A stretch of DNA of 62,790 nt, filler included, from an uncultured Methanosarcinales archaeon (GTDB taxonomy: Archaea > Nanobdellota > Nanobdellia > Woesearchaeales > CAYXTQ01), in the NCBI GenBank assembly GCA_964608065.1. It is 8 parts of 8 records of this genome, joined end to end, with 100 filler letters (N's around TTAATTAATTAA, not from the genome) between each part and the next. Parts side by side here need not be neighbours in the genome. Positions count along the whole stretch, not along the records: positions 1 to 8,143 come from CAZSMA010000067.1; positions 8,244 to 16,367 come from CAZSMA010000068.1; 6 more parts are not named here. One strand, given 5' to 3'. Numbering within the stretch: position 1 is the first letter of the stretch; every line of letters starts with the position of its first letter. Below, piece after piece: positions 1-9,281 of this stretch. The notes under the pieces were generated by a model. That model was given only the letters and a program-made list of their open reading frames with translations. It was not told the DNA's origin and made no database searches. A program made the translations under genes and the position numbers.

Positions 1-231
1 CAATATATTTAAAGAAACAGGGTTTAGAGGCTCTGTAATGCTATTTTCAGGGTCTTAATTTTTATTTAATGTGTGTATTATTTATTGAATTTTTTTTTTG
101 TTACACTTCTTTTCCATATTGAAAATAAATAACAAATAGTAACTTTTATAAACAACCTGTAATTTCTCTGCAAAGAGGTTTAAATAAGGTTTAGAGGTTC
201 TAAAGTTAGCTATAGAAAGGTGAAACAATAA

Positions 232-826
232 ATGACAAACGCTTTTGATGTTCCTGCAGATGAACTAATAGAAAAAGTAGCTGAAAAGCTAAAATCAATG
301 CCTGAGATTAAAGCACCAGAATGGGCTAGTTTTGTAAAAACTGGAAGACATAAGGAAAGGCCTCCTGTTAAAAAGGATTGGTGGTATGTAAGGGCAGCAT
401 CTGTTTTAAGATCAATATATAAACTTGGACCGATTGGAGTTTCAAAATTAAGAAGAAAGTATGGCGGAAAGAAAAACAGAGGAGTTAGGCCAGAAATATT
501 CTATAAAGGATCAGGTTCAATAATAAGAAAGATATTACAACAACTGGAATTATCAGAGTTAATAGTAAAAAAAGAAGTAAAAAGACATAAAGGAAGAGTT
601 GCAACACCTAAAGGAAAATCATTATTAGATAAGACAGCAAGTGAATTGTCAAAAGGTATGAAAAAGGAAGTTCCAAAAGAAGTTAAGAAAGAAAAACCTA
701 AACCTTCGAACGAAAGTGAGAAGCTTCCGAAGGAAGGTTTAGAAAAATCGAAGGTTTTTCAAAAAGGTTTAGAGAAGTCAAAAACTTCTCAAAAAGAAGA
801 ATCAAAAGGCAAGAAACCTGTTAAAA

Positions 827-834
<8 letters not shown>
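232..834 (+). CDS. rps19e: 30S ribosomal protein S19e, with Lys/Glu-rich C-terminal tail containing a hairpin-derived insert
   Basis: PEWASFVKTG..KERPP..WWYVRAASVLR..GSGSIIRKILQQLE motifs. Confidence 0.97.
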
Positions 835-1353
<519 letters not shown>

Positions 1354-1355
1354 AG

Positions 1356-1856
1356 ATGGCAGAGAAAAAAAGCAAAAAAGGAAAAGAAAGTAAGATAGTA
1401 TTAGAAAGAACTTATAATATCCCGCTTAGAAGGGAATGGCTTAAAGTAGCTAAGTATAGAAGGGCTAAAAAGGCAGTTAAAGCTGTGAAGCAATTCCTAA
1501 TTAAACATATGAAATCAGAAGAAGTTAAAGTTGGCAAATACATTAATTTAGAAATATGGAAACATGGAATTAAGAATCCACCACACCATGTTAAGGTTAA
1601 TGTTACTAAAGATGATAAAGGCTTAGTTAAATCTGAATTAGTTGGAGCTCCTGTTGAGAAAGTTCCTGAAAAGAAAAAGAAAAAACCTGAAACAACAGCA
1701 GAGAAAGTAAAAGATATGATGGAAAAAAAAGAGAAACCTGAAGAAAAGAAAGAAGAAACTAAAGCTGAAGAAAAGAAGGAAGCTCCTAAGACTGAAGAAA
1801 AGGTCGAAATCAGTGAAAAAGAGCCAATAAAAAAAAGAAGAGAAAACGAAAGTTGA
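1356..1856 (+). CDS. rpl31e: 50S ribosomal protein L31e with charged C-terminal tail
   Basis: ERTYNIPLR..RAKKAVKAVKQFLIKHMK..INLEIWKHGIKNPP. Confidence 0.95.
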   Translation: MAEKKSKKGKESKIVLERTYNIPLRREWLKVAKYRRAKKAVKAVKQFLIKHMKSEEVKVGKYINLEIWKHGIKNPPHHVKVNVTKDDKGLVKSELVGAPVEKVPEKKKKKPETTAEKVKDMMEKKEKPEEKKEETKAEEKKEAPKTEEKVEISEKEPIKKRRENES

Positions 1857-1934
1857 AGAAAAAGCTGTTTCTAAATAAGAGAATTCAATTAAAAAAGAAT
1901 CAATAAAGAAATAAAAAGATTTAAAAAAAAAAAA

Positions 1935-2156
1935 CTATTCTTCGAACTTTTTAGGAAGATGTCTTTTGACTGTTATTGGGATAATGCCTTTTTCAAACTC
2001 TAATTTAGCAATTTCTATAGGGTTATAGTTTATCTTCTTCAAGTCTTCATCAGTTAGTTTAAGTAAAAAAGGAGCTCCCATTCCAATCTGTAGTGCTCTG
2101 CTTCCAAGCATCCTAGCTTTCTCGTATTTTGTGAATTTGAATTTTTCTTCTGCCAT
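1935..2156 (-). CDS. rpoK: RNA polymerase subunit Rpo6 (RpoK)
   Basis: TKYEKARMLGSRALQIGMGAP..IAKLEF..IPITVKR; ATG at 2156 preferred. Confidence 0.95.
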   Translation of the reverse strand: MAEEKFKFTKYEKARMLGSRALQIGMGAPFLLKLTDEDLKKINYNPIEIAKLEFEKGIIPITVKRHLPKKFEE

Positions 2157-2184
2157 GATTATCACTTTGTTTTTCACAATTAAC

Positions 2185-2955
2185 TTATAAATGTTTCCTT
2201 AATTCTTTTGATTTTTCCAGAGCAATATCAATCATTTTGTCTATGTCTTCAGTGTTAATAGGCATATCTCCACCTTTTTGTAATGCACACAATGCACCAT
2301 CTGCCATTGTTGCTACTGTCAATCTTGAGTCTAACACTTCCTCTTCCTCAGGGCTAGGATCAACTAGATAATTTTTCCCAATCTTAAGAACAGTTATACT
2401 GATTGGTTCTTTGCTTAATGGTAGTTTTTCCTTTGTTTTTTTCTTATAATCAACCTTTTTTCCATCAAATGCTGGAAATCTAGCATCTTTTAAAGCTGCT
2501 AAAGCTGCTAAAGAAGCAGCATCAAATAGATTGCCATCATCATTTAGAGGAATAACATCTATTAAAACAAGCCATACTTTTTCTCCTGATTCTATGCATA
2601 ATTTCTTGAAATCAAGGGCTTTTGACTCTCTAATACCTCTGTCAACAACTCTTGCAAGCTCAATAGCCTGTATTCCTGGAGGTCCTGATTCAAATTCAGG
2701 GCTTGACAATGGAATTAGTTCTGCTCCTACTATGATTGTTCCTTCATCTGGTGTATCAGGATAAGGTGTTCCAACTTCAAGTTTTACTCCTCCAATTACT
2801 TCTGTGTCACCAATCTTGACTCTTGCAGAGCCTTCAGCGCTTTTTGTTATACCATATTCTACTGTAATCTTTCTGTATTCGTTTGTTTTTCTTCCATCAA
2901 ACCTTAAACCTTTGTTTAAGGTTTCTGTTATATGATTTTTTAAGTCTGAATTCAT
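2185..2955 (-). CDS. rrp42: Exosome complex component Rrp42
   Basis: RFDGR..AEGSARVKIGDT..PYPDTPDEG..ELARVVDRGIRES; exosome operon. Confidence 0.96.
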   Translation of the reverse strand: MNSDLKNHITETLNKGLRFDGRKTNEYRKITVEYGITKSAEGSARVKIGDTEVIGGVKLEVGTPYPDTPDEGTIIVGAELIPLSSPEFESGPPGIQAIELARVVDRGIRESKALDFKKLCIESGEKVWLVLIDVIPLNDDGNLFDAASLAALAALKDARFPAFDGKKVDYKKKTKEKLPLSKEPISITVLKIGKNYLVDPSPEEEEVLDSRLTVATMADGALCALQKGGDMPINTEDIDKMIDIALEKSKELRKHL

Positions 2956-2964
2956 TTTTGAACC

Positions 2965-3651
2965 TCAAATCTTATATTTTTCTTTTAAGCTTTTTTTTTG
3001 AACTTCGTATATTTTTTTTGAAGCTTCTTTACCAAGTTCAATAGCTTTCTTCAAGTCTTCTTTGCTTATTATTCCGTCCATCTGCAATAATGTAATCTCT
3101 CCTGTTGTAGGCATGACTGCTATTGGGATGTCTACTGCGCCTTCAATGTCTTCTTCTTCTTTGGATAAATCCACAATCACTTCATTGTTGGCATATCCAA
3201 CAGCTATTGATGAAACCAAATCTTTCATAATAAGTCCAGCATCTGCTAATGCAATAGAAGCTGCGCATATTCCTGCACATCTGCTTCCAGCATCTGTTTG
3301 CGGAAACTCAATGAATAAATCAACTACAGCGTTTGGAAATTCATTCAAATCCAGAACAGGTAATAAAGCATTTTTAGTTACCATTGAGATTTCCTTTGAA
3401 CGTCTTGAGCCACCTGGTCTGATTCTTTCTCCACTTCCAGAAAAAGGCATCATATTGTAATTACATCTTAAAATACCTTTTTGAGGGTCTTGCATGAATC
3501 TTGGATACAGGTTTCTTGGACCATAAACAGCAGCATATGCTATTGTATCTCCAATCTTAAAATAACCAGAACCGTCTGCTCTTTTAATGACTCCTGCTTT
3601 TGCTTCTATAGGTCTTGTTTCATCGTTTTTTCTTTTATCAGGCCTTTTCAT
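2965..3651 (-). CDS. rrp41: Exosome complex exonuclease Rrp41
   Basis: RPDKR..ADGS..AAVYGPR..RRSKEIS..DAGSR..LLQMDG. Confidence 0.96.
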   Translation of the reverse strand: MKRPDKRKNDETRPIEAKAGVIKRADGSGYFKIGDTIAYAAVYGPRNLYPRFMQDPQKGILRCNYNMMPFSGSGERIRPGGSRRSKEISMVTKNALLPVLDLNEFPNAVVDLFIEFPQTDAGSRCAGICAASIALADAGLIMKDLVSSIAVGYANNEVIVDLSKEEEDIEGAVDIPIAVMPTTGEITLLQMDGIISKEDLKKAIELGKEASKKIYEVQKKSLKEKYKI

Positions 3652-4345
3652 TTTTTACCTCTTTAGTGTTTTTCTCTAAGAATTTTTTAATCTCATCTGT
3701 TAATCCAGTCATATGAGCTAGTTTTTCTATTTTCTTTATAGCTTCTACAGCTATCAACTCATTTTCAGGACTTCCCTCAATCCAGACAACGCCATTCTGG
3801 CCAACCATTATTCTGCAGCCAGTAGCTTGTTTAATCATACTAACCATGGATCCCTGCTTTCCTATGATTCTAGGAACCTTGTTTGTGTTAACAAGGACTA
3901 TTCTTCCGCCTTTTAGCTTGCTCAGCCCTGGGCCTTTCATAGTCAAATCAACTAATTTTTGACTAGTAACATTTGTTATCTTAGCTGCAACATAGTCTCC
4001 TAAATTAAGGAATTGCGCTAAATCAGCTCCACGAGCTATGAAATCAGAAGTTGCGTCTCTGATGTTTAACATAGCAGGGTATGCTGAGTTAGTTTCTATT
4101 CTCCAGCCAGAAAATGTTATATCCATAATCTGCCCAATTATAGTATCATCTCTTTTAGGCATATATCTTCCTGATAATGGAATTAGTTTTAATGCTCTTC
4201 CATCAACATTAACTAAACCTAATCTGGATGATATTATCCTGTCGTTGTCTCTGTAAGTGCCGTTTCCTGGAAGATAGTCCATACCTTTGGCTAATTCTTC
4301 TCCTGGAACAACAATATCTTTATTTTTTATTAATAGTTCTCCCAT
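3638..4345 (-). CDS. rrp4: Exosome RNA-binding protein Rrp4
   Basis: VVPGE..YMPKRDD..KVPRIIGKQGSM..VGQNGVVW (S1+KH). Confidence 0.96.
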   Translation of the reverse strand: MGELLIKNKDIVVPGEELAKGMDYLPGNGTYRDNDRIISSRLGLVNVDGRALKLIPLSGRYMPKRDDTIIGQIMDITFSGWRIETNSAYPAMLNIRDATSDFIARGADLAQFLNLGDYVAAKITNVTSQKLVDLTMKGPGLSKLKGGRIVLVNTNKVPRIIGKQGSMVSMIKQATGCRIMVGQNGVVWIEGSPENELIAVEAIKKIEKLAHMTGLTDEIKKFLEKNTKEVKNEKA

Positions 4346-4362
4346 TTTGTTTATTCACCTTT

Positions 4363-5082
4363 TCATTTTGTTTTTAATACTTTACTTTCTATATTACCAT
4401 GACAAACTTTGTTTATAGCATCGTAAAAATCATTTTCCAAGCCGCCAGGAATCTCAATTACAACAACCCATGAGCCATCTGACTGCCAGTCTTCTTTTAG
4501 GAGCTTACCAAAGTTTTTTACAGTAGAATAAGATTTAGCAGCATAATCTGCAGGAATCTTAACAGCTATCTCTTTCATTTCGAATTTTATAGGTAAGATA
4601 GGCCTTATTTTTTTTAATACTTCTTCTACTTGTTTTTGTACTGACTGGTATTCATCTATGTGATATTTTGCCTCTTCTATTGCGTTTTCAATTCTTTGTG
4701 GAGGATGTGGTGCATGTGTCTTTGGATCAACTGCGTTTCTGTGAATCATGTTAATAATTTGTTTCTTCTTGATTTCTTTTAATTTAGCTCTGTATTCTGC
4801 TGTAAGCTGAACTTCACCTTCTTTGATTATTATTTTTGCAACCTCTAATGGATCAGAAGTGTTAAATAATTGCTGCATCTCAGTTGGTGATGCTTCTAAA
4901 CCTTTTTTAGCGTCATAAAATACTTTTTCTACTTTGAGAACATCTTTGATATCTATACTTGAGCCCCCTTTAAAAGCAAGTGCTAATTCACTGTTTACAT
5001 CTATCTCGAATGTTTTTCCGCCTTTCTTGAGTCTTGCTAAGTTTAAAGAGATTTTCTCTTTATCAAAAGTTGTTCCTACCAT
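4363..5082 (-). CDS. Ribosome maturation factor SBDS/Sdo1
   Basis: ARLKKGGKTFEI..GEVQLTAEYR..DPKTHAPHPPQRIENA. Confidence 0.95.
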   Translation of the reverse strand: MVGTTFDKEKISLNLARLKKGGKTFEIDVNSELALAFKGGSSIDIKDVLKVEKVFYDAKKGLEASPTEMQQLFNTSDPLEVAKIIIKEGEVQLTAEYRAKLKEIKKKQIINMIHRNAVDPKTHAPHPPQRIENAIEEAKYHIDEYQSVQKQVEEVLKKIRPILPIKFEMKEIAVKIPADYAAKSYSTVKNFGKLLKEDWQSDGSWVVVIEIPGGLENDFYDAINKVCHGNIESKVLKTK

Positions 5083-5083
5083 T

Positions 5084-5824
5084 TTAATTTACTTTTTTTT
5101 TCACGTCTTTCAATATTTTTTCTATATTTGCTTTTGAAAATTTTGTAAACTTTTTTTCATCAGTTTTAATATAAGCAGCTTCTATTCTTTCGGCATTGAA
5201 GTTTTTGTCTAAAACTTTGCTTAGACTGCTTAATGCTAATTTAAACCCTTCTTCTATTGTCATGTCTTCCCTGTATTTTTTGTGCAGTATTTCTTCTACA
5301 TCTGTTTCGCCTTCTCCTATGACTGATGCTTTGTATCTGAAGAATATTCCTGTTGGATCTGTCTCGTATAGTTTTGGTCCGTCTTCGTCAATACCAGCAA
5401 ATAATAATGAGACTCCGAATGGTCTGAATCCTGCTGATTGTGTTGTTATTTGTTTTAGGCTGCATACATCTTTTACTATAGATGCAGTATCGATTTCTGA
5501 ATCGTATGTAACTCTGTGCTGCTGAGCTGTAAGCTGTGCTTTTTCTACTAAGACACGAGCGTCAGACAATATTCCAGATGCAGTTGCACCCATATGATCA
5601 TCTATCTGCCATATTTTCTCAACAGATTCTGCTACTATCAGAGAATCTACAATTCTTTTGTCTGCTATTAATAGGACTCCGTCTTTACATACCATCCCTA
5701 TTGCAGTAGAGCCTTGTTTTACTGTTTTTTTAGCATACTCTACTTGTAATAATCTACCATCTGGGCTAAACATTGTGATAGCCCTATCATAACCCATCAA
5801 TTGATGAGGCATTGGTTGTTGCAT
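5084..5824 (-). CDS. psmA: Proteasome subunit alpha
   Basis: GYDRAITMFSPDGRLLQVEYA; GAGGTGA RBS before ATG 5824. Confidence 0.97.
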   Translation of the reverse strand: MQQPMPHQLMGYDRAITMFSPDGRLLQVEYAKKTVKQGSTAIGMVCKDGVLLIADKRIVDSLIVAESVEKIWQIDDHMGATASGILSDARVLVEKAQLTAQQHRVTYDSEIDTASIVKDVCSLKQITTQSAGFRPFGVSLLFAGIDEDGPKLYETDPTGIFFRYKASVIGEGETDVEEILHKKYREDMTIEEGFKLALSSLSKVLDKNFNAERIEAAYIKTDEKKFTKFSKANIEKILKDVKKKVN

Positions 5825-5837
5825 TTTAATATTCACC

Positions 5838-6179
5838 TCAGTTTACATAAAATTTTTTTTCAGCTTTATTTAATATTCCAGAAACACCTAAACTTCTGAA
5901 CATTAGATCTTGTTTATTTATTAAAGCTAAGACTGATTTTAAATGATTGACATGCTTATGGTTTACTTTGATTATTCCTTTTTTATCTTTGAATTTGTCA
6001 TGCATTATTATTAGTCCTGCTCCAGCCATTCCTAAGGTTCCCAGGAATTGTTCTCCTTGCTGTAAGATTATGTTACTGACTAAATTAAAATCTATTTTTT
6101 TTTCAGATATTGCTTCAAATACCAAGTATCTTTTTTTTTGCCTTAAACTTGGTGATAAAGGTTTTATTTTCCTTATCAT
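5838..6179 (-). CDS. RNase P protein Rpp14/Pop5
   Basis: PSLRQKKRYLVF..LGVSGILNKA; usual neighbour of psmA. Confidence 0.9.
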   Translation of the reverse strand: MIRKIKPLSPSLRQKKRYLVFEAISEKKIDFNLVSNIILQQGEQFLGTLGMAGAGLIIMHDKFKDKKGIIKVNHKHVNHLKSVLALINKQDLMFRSLGVSGILNKAEKKFYVN

Positions 6180-6332
6180 ATTTAATTAGAGAAAAAAATT
6201 ATTTTTTTGTCTTTTTTTTCTTCTCTCTCCAAAGTAAGTAGTTATGTTATGATATTTAAATTTTGCTATTGTTTTTGATATAATTAAATGGTATGTTAGT
6301 ATAGGTTTTAGTATATTGATATATTAATTATG

Positions 6333-7706
6333 TTAATTCTTGATTAACTCTAATAACTCTTTCTTCTTTATTTCTAACAATTCTTTAGAATCAGCTTCTA
6401 AATTCAGTCTAAGTAAGTCTTCTGTGTTGGATGGCCTTATGTTGAACCACCAGTCTTTGAAGTAGATACTTAGTCCATCAATATGTTTTATTTCAGCGTT
6501 TTTATAATGTTTTTCTATTTCTTTGATTTTTTTTTGTTTATCTTTAACTTCTGAGTTAAGTTCTCCAGATTGATAATATTTTTTAAATGGTTTTATCAGT
6601 TCTGATAATGGTTTGCTGTGTTTAGACATAATTTCAATCAGTTTGACAGCAGCTATAACTCCAGAGTCTGTGTAAAAATTGTCTCTAAAGTAATAATGGC
6701 CTGAAAGTTCTCCTGCGAATAAACCATCTTTTTCTCTCATTAATTGTTTGAAGAAAACATGGCCTACTCTGGACATTATTGAAGTTCCGTTATTAGCTTC
6801 AACTGTTTCTTTTATTATCTTGGATGTTCTTAAATCATTGATTATAATCTGATTTGGGTTTTCTTTTAATAGTTCTTGTGCGAACAAAGCGATAATATGG
6901 TCTGATGGAATTTTATTGCCATTTTCATCAATGAAAAAAACTCTGTCTACATCTCCATCAAAAGCTATGCCCAAGTCAAATTTTTCTTTTTTAACTCTAT
7001 CTTTAATTTCTTTAACATTCTTATCCTTTAAAGGATTAGCTTCATGGTTTGGAAAATTTCCGTCTAATTCAAAATACATTTTTTCAATACTTAATCCTAA
7101 CTTATTGAATATTTTTTCAACAGCTAAGCCAGCCATTCCATTTCCAGCATCTATTATTATTTTTAAGTTTTTATTGATGTTTTTCCATGAAAATCTTCGA
7201 TTTTCAGGGCACAGAAAAGCTTTGCTTTTCTCGTGTACTGAATTCGCAACATGATTTACATAATCTTTTAAGATGTCTTTTGATGTTACATTGCCTTTTT
7301 CAACATCTTTGAATTTGTTTTTTAAAACTAGTTTTTCTATCTCTTTTATTCCTGTTTCTTCACTTATTGGAATGCTTTTTTCCCTGTTTAGTTTAAAGCC
7401 ATTGTATTCTTTAGGATTATGAGACGCTGTAATCATAATAGAAGCATCAGCTTTAAGGAAGTTATTTGCAAAATAGTTCATGGGTGTTGAGCTTAGCCCA
7501 ATATCAATAACATCTGCACCCTGGTCTGTCAGACCTTTGATTAAAGCTTTAGAAATTGGAATTCCACTTTCCCTCATATCTCTGCTTACAACTACTTTCT
7601 TGCATTTTAGTAATGTGACAAAAGCTCTAGCTATATTATATGCAGTATCTTCATCTAATTCTTCAGGATACAATCCTCTAATGTCATATGCTTTGAAAAT
7701 TGTCAA
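6333..7706 (-). CDS. Phosphomannomutase/phosphoglucomutase, with ~17-aa palindrome-derived insert
   Basis: FKAYDIRG, TASHNP, FDGDVDR, GELSGH, RPSNTE motifs. Confidence 0.95.
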   Translation of the reverse strand: MTIFKAYDIRGLYPEELDEDTAYNIARAFVTLLKCKKVVVSRDMRESGIPISKALIKGLTDQGADVIDIGLSSTPMNYFANNFLKADASIMITASHNPKEYNGFKLNREKSIPISEETGIKEIEKLVLKNKFKDVEKGNVTSKDILKDYVNHVANSVHEKSKAFLCPENRRFSWKNINKNLKIIIDAGNGMAGLAVEKIFNKLGLSIEKMYFELDGNFPNHEANPLKDKNVKEIKDRVKKEKFDLGIAFDGDVDRVFFIDENGNKIPSDHIIALFAQELLKENPNQIIINDLRTSKIIKETVEANNGTSIMSRVGHVFFKQLMREKDGLFAGELSGHYYFRDNFYTDSGVIAAVKLIEIMSKHSKPLSELIKPFKKYYQSGELNSEVKDKQKKIKEIEKHYKNAEIKHIDGLSIYFKDWWFNIRPSNTEDLLRLNLEADSKELLEIKKKELLELIKN

Positions 7707-8143
7707 ATTAAATTACCTCTTAAATCCCATTTAGTTACTTCTTGTATTTTAACTTTTACTTTTTGGCCAAAGATATCTTTATTACATTTAACAACAACTG
7801 GCCTGTATGCATAATTTCTTCCTACAAATGTATTATCTTTCCCAAGTTCATCTATCAATATTTCTCCTTCCCATTTTTTCCATTTTTTATTGTTTTCAAA
7901 AGCAATCCATTCAAATATTGAAGTAATCATTCTACTTCTGTTTCTTATCTCTCCACCTTCTAATTGTTCCATTTCAGCTGCTTTTGTATTAGGTCTTGGT
8001 ACAAATTTTGACCTGTTAAGAACATTTGGCTTAATTTCTTTGATTAGATTAACAGAATCCTGGAACTGTTCTTTTGTTTCTGTTGGAAAACCGCAGATTA
8101 TGTCTGTTGAGATAGTTAAATCTGGAATATTTAATCTGAATTT
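7703..8143 (-). CDS. MiaB/MtaB-family tRNA methylthiotransferase, C-terminal part (5' end lost at contig edge)
   Basis: ISTDIICGFPTET..F.PRPNTKAA..GRNYAYRPVVV + TRAM-like end. Confidence 0.88.
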   Translation of the reverse strand, partial: KFRLNIPDLTISTDIICGFPTETKEQFQDSVNLIKEIKPNVLNRSKFVPRPNTKAAEMEQLEGGEIRNRSRMITSIFEWIAFENNKKWKKWEGEILIDELGKDNTFVGRNYAYRPVVVKCNKDIFGQKVKVKIQEVTKWDLRGNLI

Positions 8144-8243
8144 NNNNNNNNNNNNNNNNNNNNNNNNNNNNNNNNNNNNNNNNNNNNTTAATTAATTAAN
8201 NNNNNNNNNNNNNNNNNNNNNNNNNNNNNNNNNNNNNNNNNNN
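8144..8243. other. Artificial contig linker (N44-TTAATTAATTAA-N44); same at 16368-16467, 24439-24538, 32447-32546, 40352-40451, 48183-48282, 55875-55974
   Basis: Identical 100-nt N blocks carrying a six-frame stop linker; contig lengths decrease monotonically. Confidence 0.98.
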
Positions 8244-8295
8244 TTTAATTTTATAACATTTTTTAAGGTTATTTTTAATTTTATTTTAAAAAATT

Positions 8296-8331
<36 letters not shown>

Positions 8332-8362
8332 GAAAAAACATATATACTTAGTTTTTATTTAT

Positions 8363-8623
8363 TTATCTATAATAAATATAATCATGATGCTGTAAATCTT
8401 CAAAAATTATAATGTTTTTCTCCAGCTTAAATATCAAAACAAAATGACCTACATGAACTCTCTTAAACTCCTTCATATTATATCTTAAATTCTTATAATG
8501 TTCTACACTATCAGAATTTATCACTTCTTCAATTTTTCTTATAACTTTCTCGTACAATATTTTTCTTTTTTTTACTAATTTATTTAGAATCTTCTTTAAG
8601 CTTGGCTTAATTTCATAATTCAT
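8363..8623 (-). CDS. RelE/ParE/YafQ-family toxin
   Basis: 86 aa basic protein, HYKNLRY..KRVHVGHFVLIF..HHDYIY; downstream of antitoxin. Confidence 0.85.
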   Translation of the reverse strand: MNYEIKPSLKKILNKLVKKRKILYEKVIRKIEEVINSDSVEHYKNLRYNMKEFKRVHVGHFVLIFKLEKNIIIFEDLQHHDYIYYR

Positions 8624-8625
8624 TT

Positions 8626-8865
8626 TTAATTTTCAATTATTTTTCTAAGCTCTTTAATGTTATTAAACTTAATCCCTTTTTGTTTATCTATTTTTAACAG
8701 TCTTTCTTTATATTCAGGTCTTAATTCAGGTTCAAGAAGTTCTTCTTCAAATTTATTTATCACTAGATTAATAGCATCAGATTTATTTTTTAACCCATAT
8801 TTCCCTTTTACAATAGTCAATACTCTATCTTGATTATCTCCTAAACTTACAATTGCTTGTACCAT
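8626..8865 (-). CDS. DUF2683-like antitoxin
   Basis: MVQAIV..RVLTIVKGKYGLKNKSDAIN..EPELRPEY; paired with toxin; GAGGTGA RBS. Confidence 0.8.
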   Translation of the reverse strand: MVQAIVSLGDNQDRVLTIVKGKYGLKNKSDAINLVINKFEEELLEPELRPEYKERLLKIDKQKGIKFNNIKELRKIIEN

Positions 8866-8979
8866 CTTGATTCACCTCATTATAATTTATAATAAAATAT
8901 AATAAATTATTATATAAACCTTTCGGTTTAGACATTCTTTTAATTAACTAAAATTCTCAAAAATACCAATAAATATATA

Positions 8980-9104
8980 TTAGTACTAAATAAATACTTA
9001 ATTAGTACTACTCATTATAGAAAGAAAGAAAAAAATGCTATAAAAAAGAAAATATTTATATATTAGTACTGATTACTTACTATTAAAATAATAAATTAGT
9101 ACTA
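8980..9104. promoter_or_regulatory. Four TTAGTACT(A) palindromic operator-like boxes near TATA elements
   Basis: Copies at 8980, 9002, 9063, 9096, upstream of the AbrB-type gene. Confidence 0.6.
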
Positions 9105-9116
9105 TTTTACGCAAAA

Positions 9117-9281
9117 ATGAAAGTTGTTCTAAACAAGAACCAGTACAAGATAACTATTCCTAAAGAGCTTGCCGAAGAGAATGGATGGGGTCCTGGCACT
9201 AAGATAAGATTTGTTGAAGATCTAGATGGAAGAATTTTTTTGAAAGTTACAGATAAAAAACCCCTTAAAAGAAAAAAATGA
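9117..9281 (+). CDS. AbrB/MazE/SpoVT-family DNA-binding protein (54 aa, absent from ORF track)
   Basis: MKVVLNKNQYKITIPKELAEENGWGPGTKIRFVEDLDGRIFLK; ATGA overlap with next gene. Confidence 0.85.
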   Translation: MKVVLNKNQYKITIPKELAEENGWGPGTKIRFVEDLDGRIFLKVTDKKPLKRKK

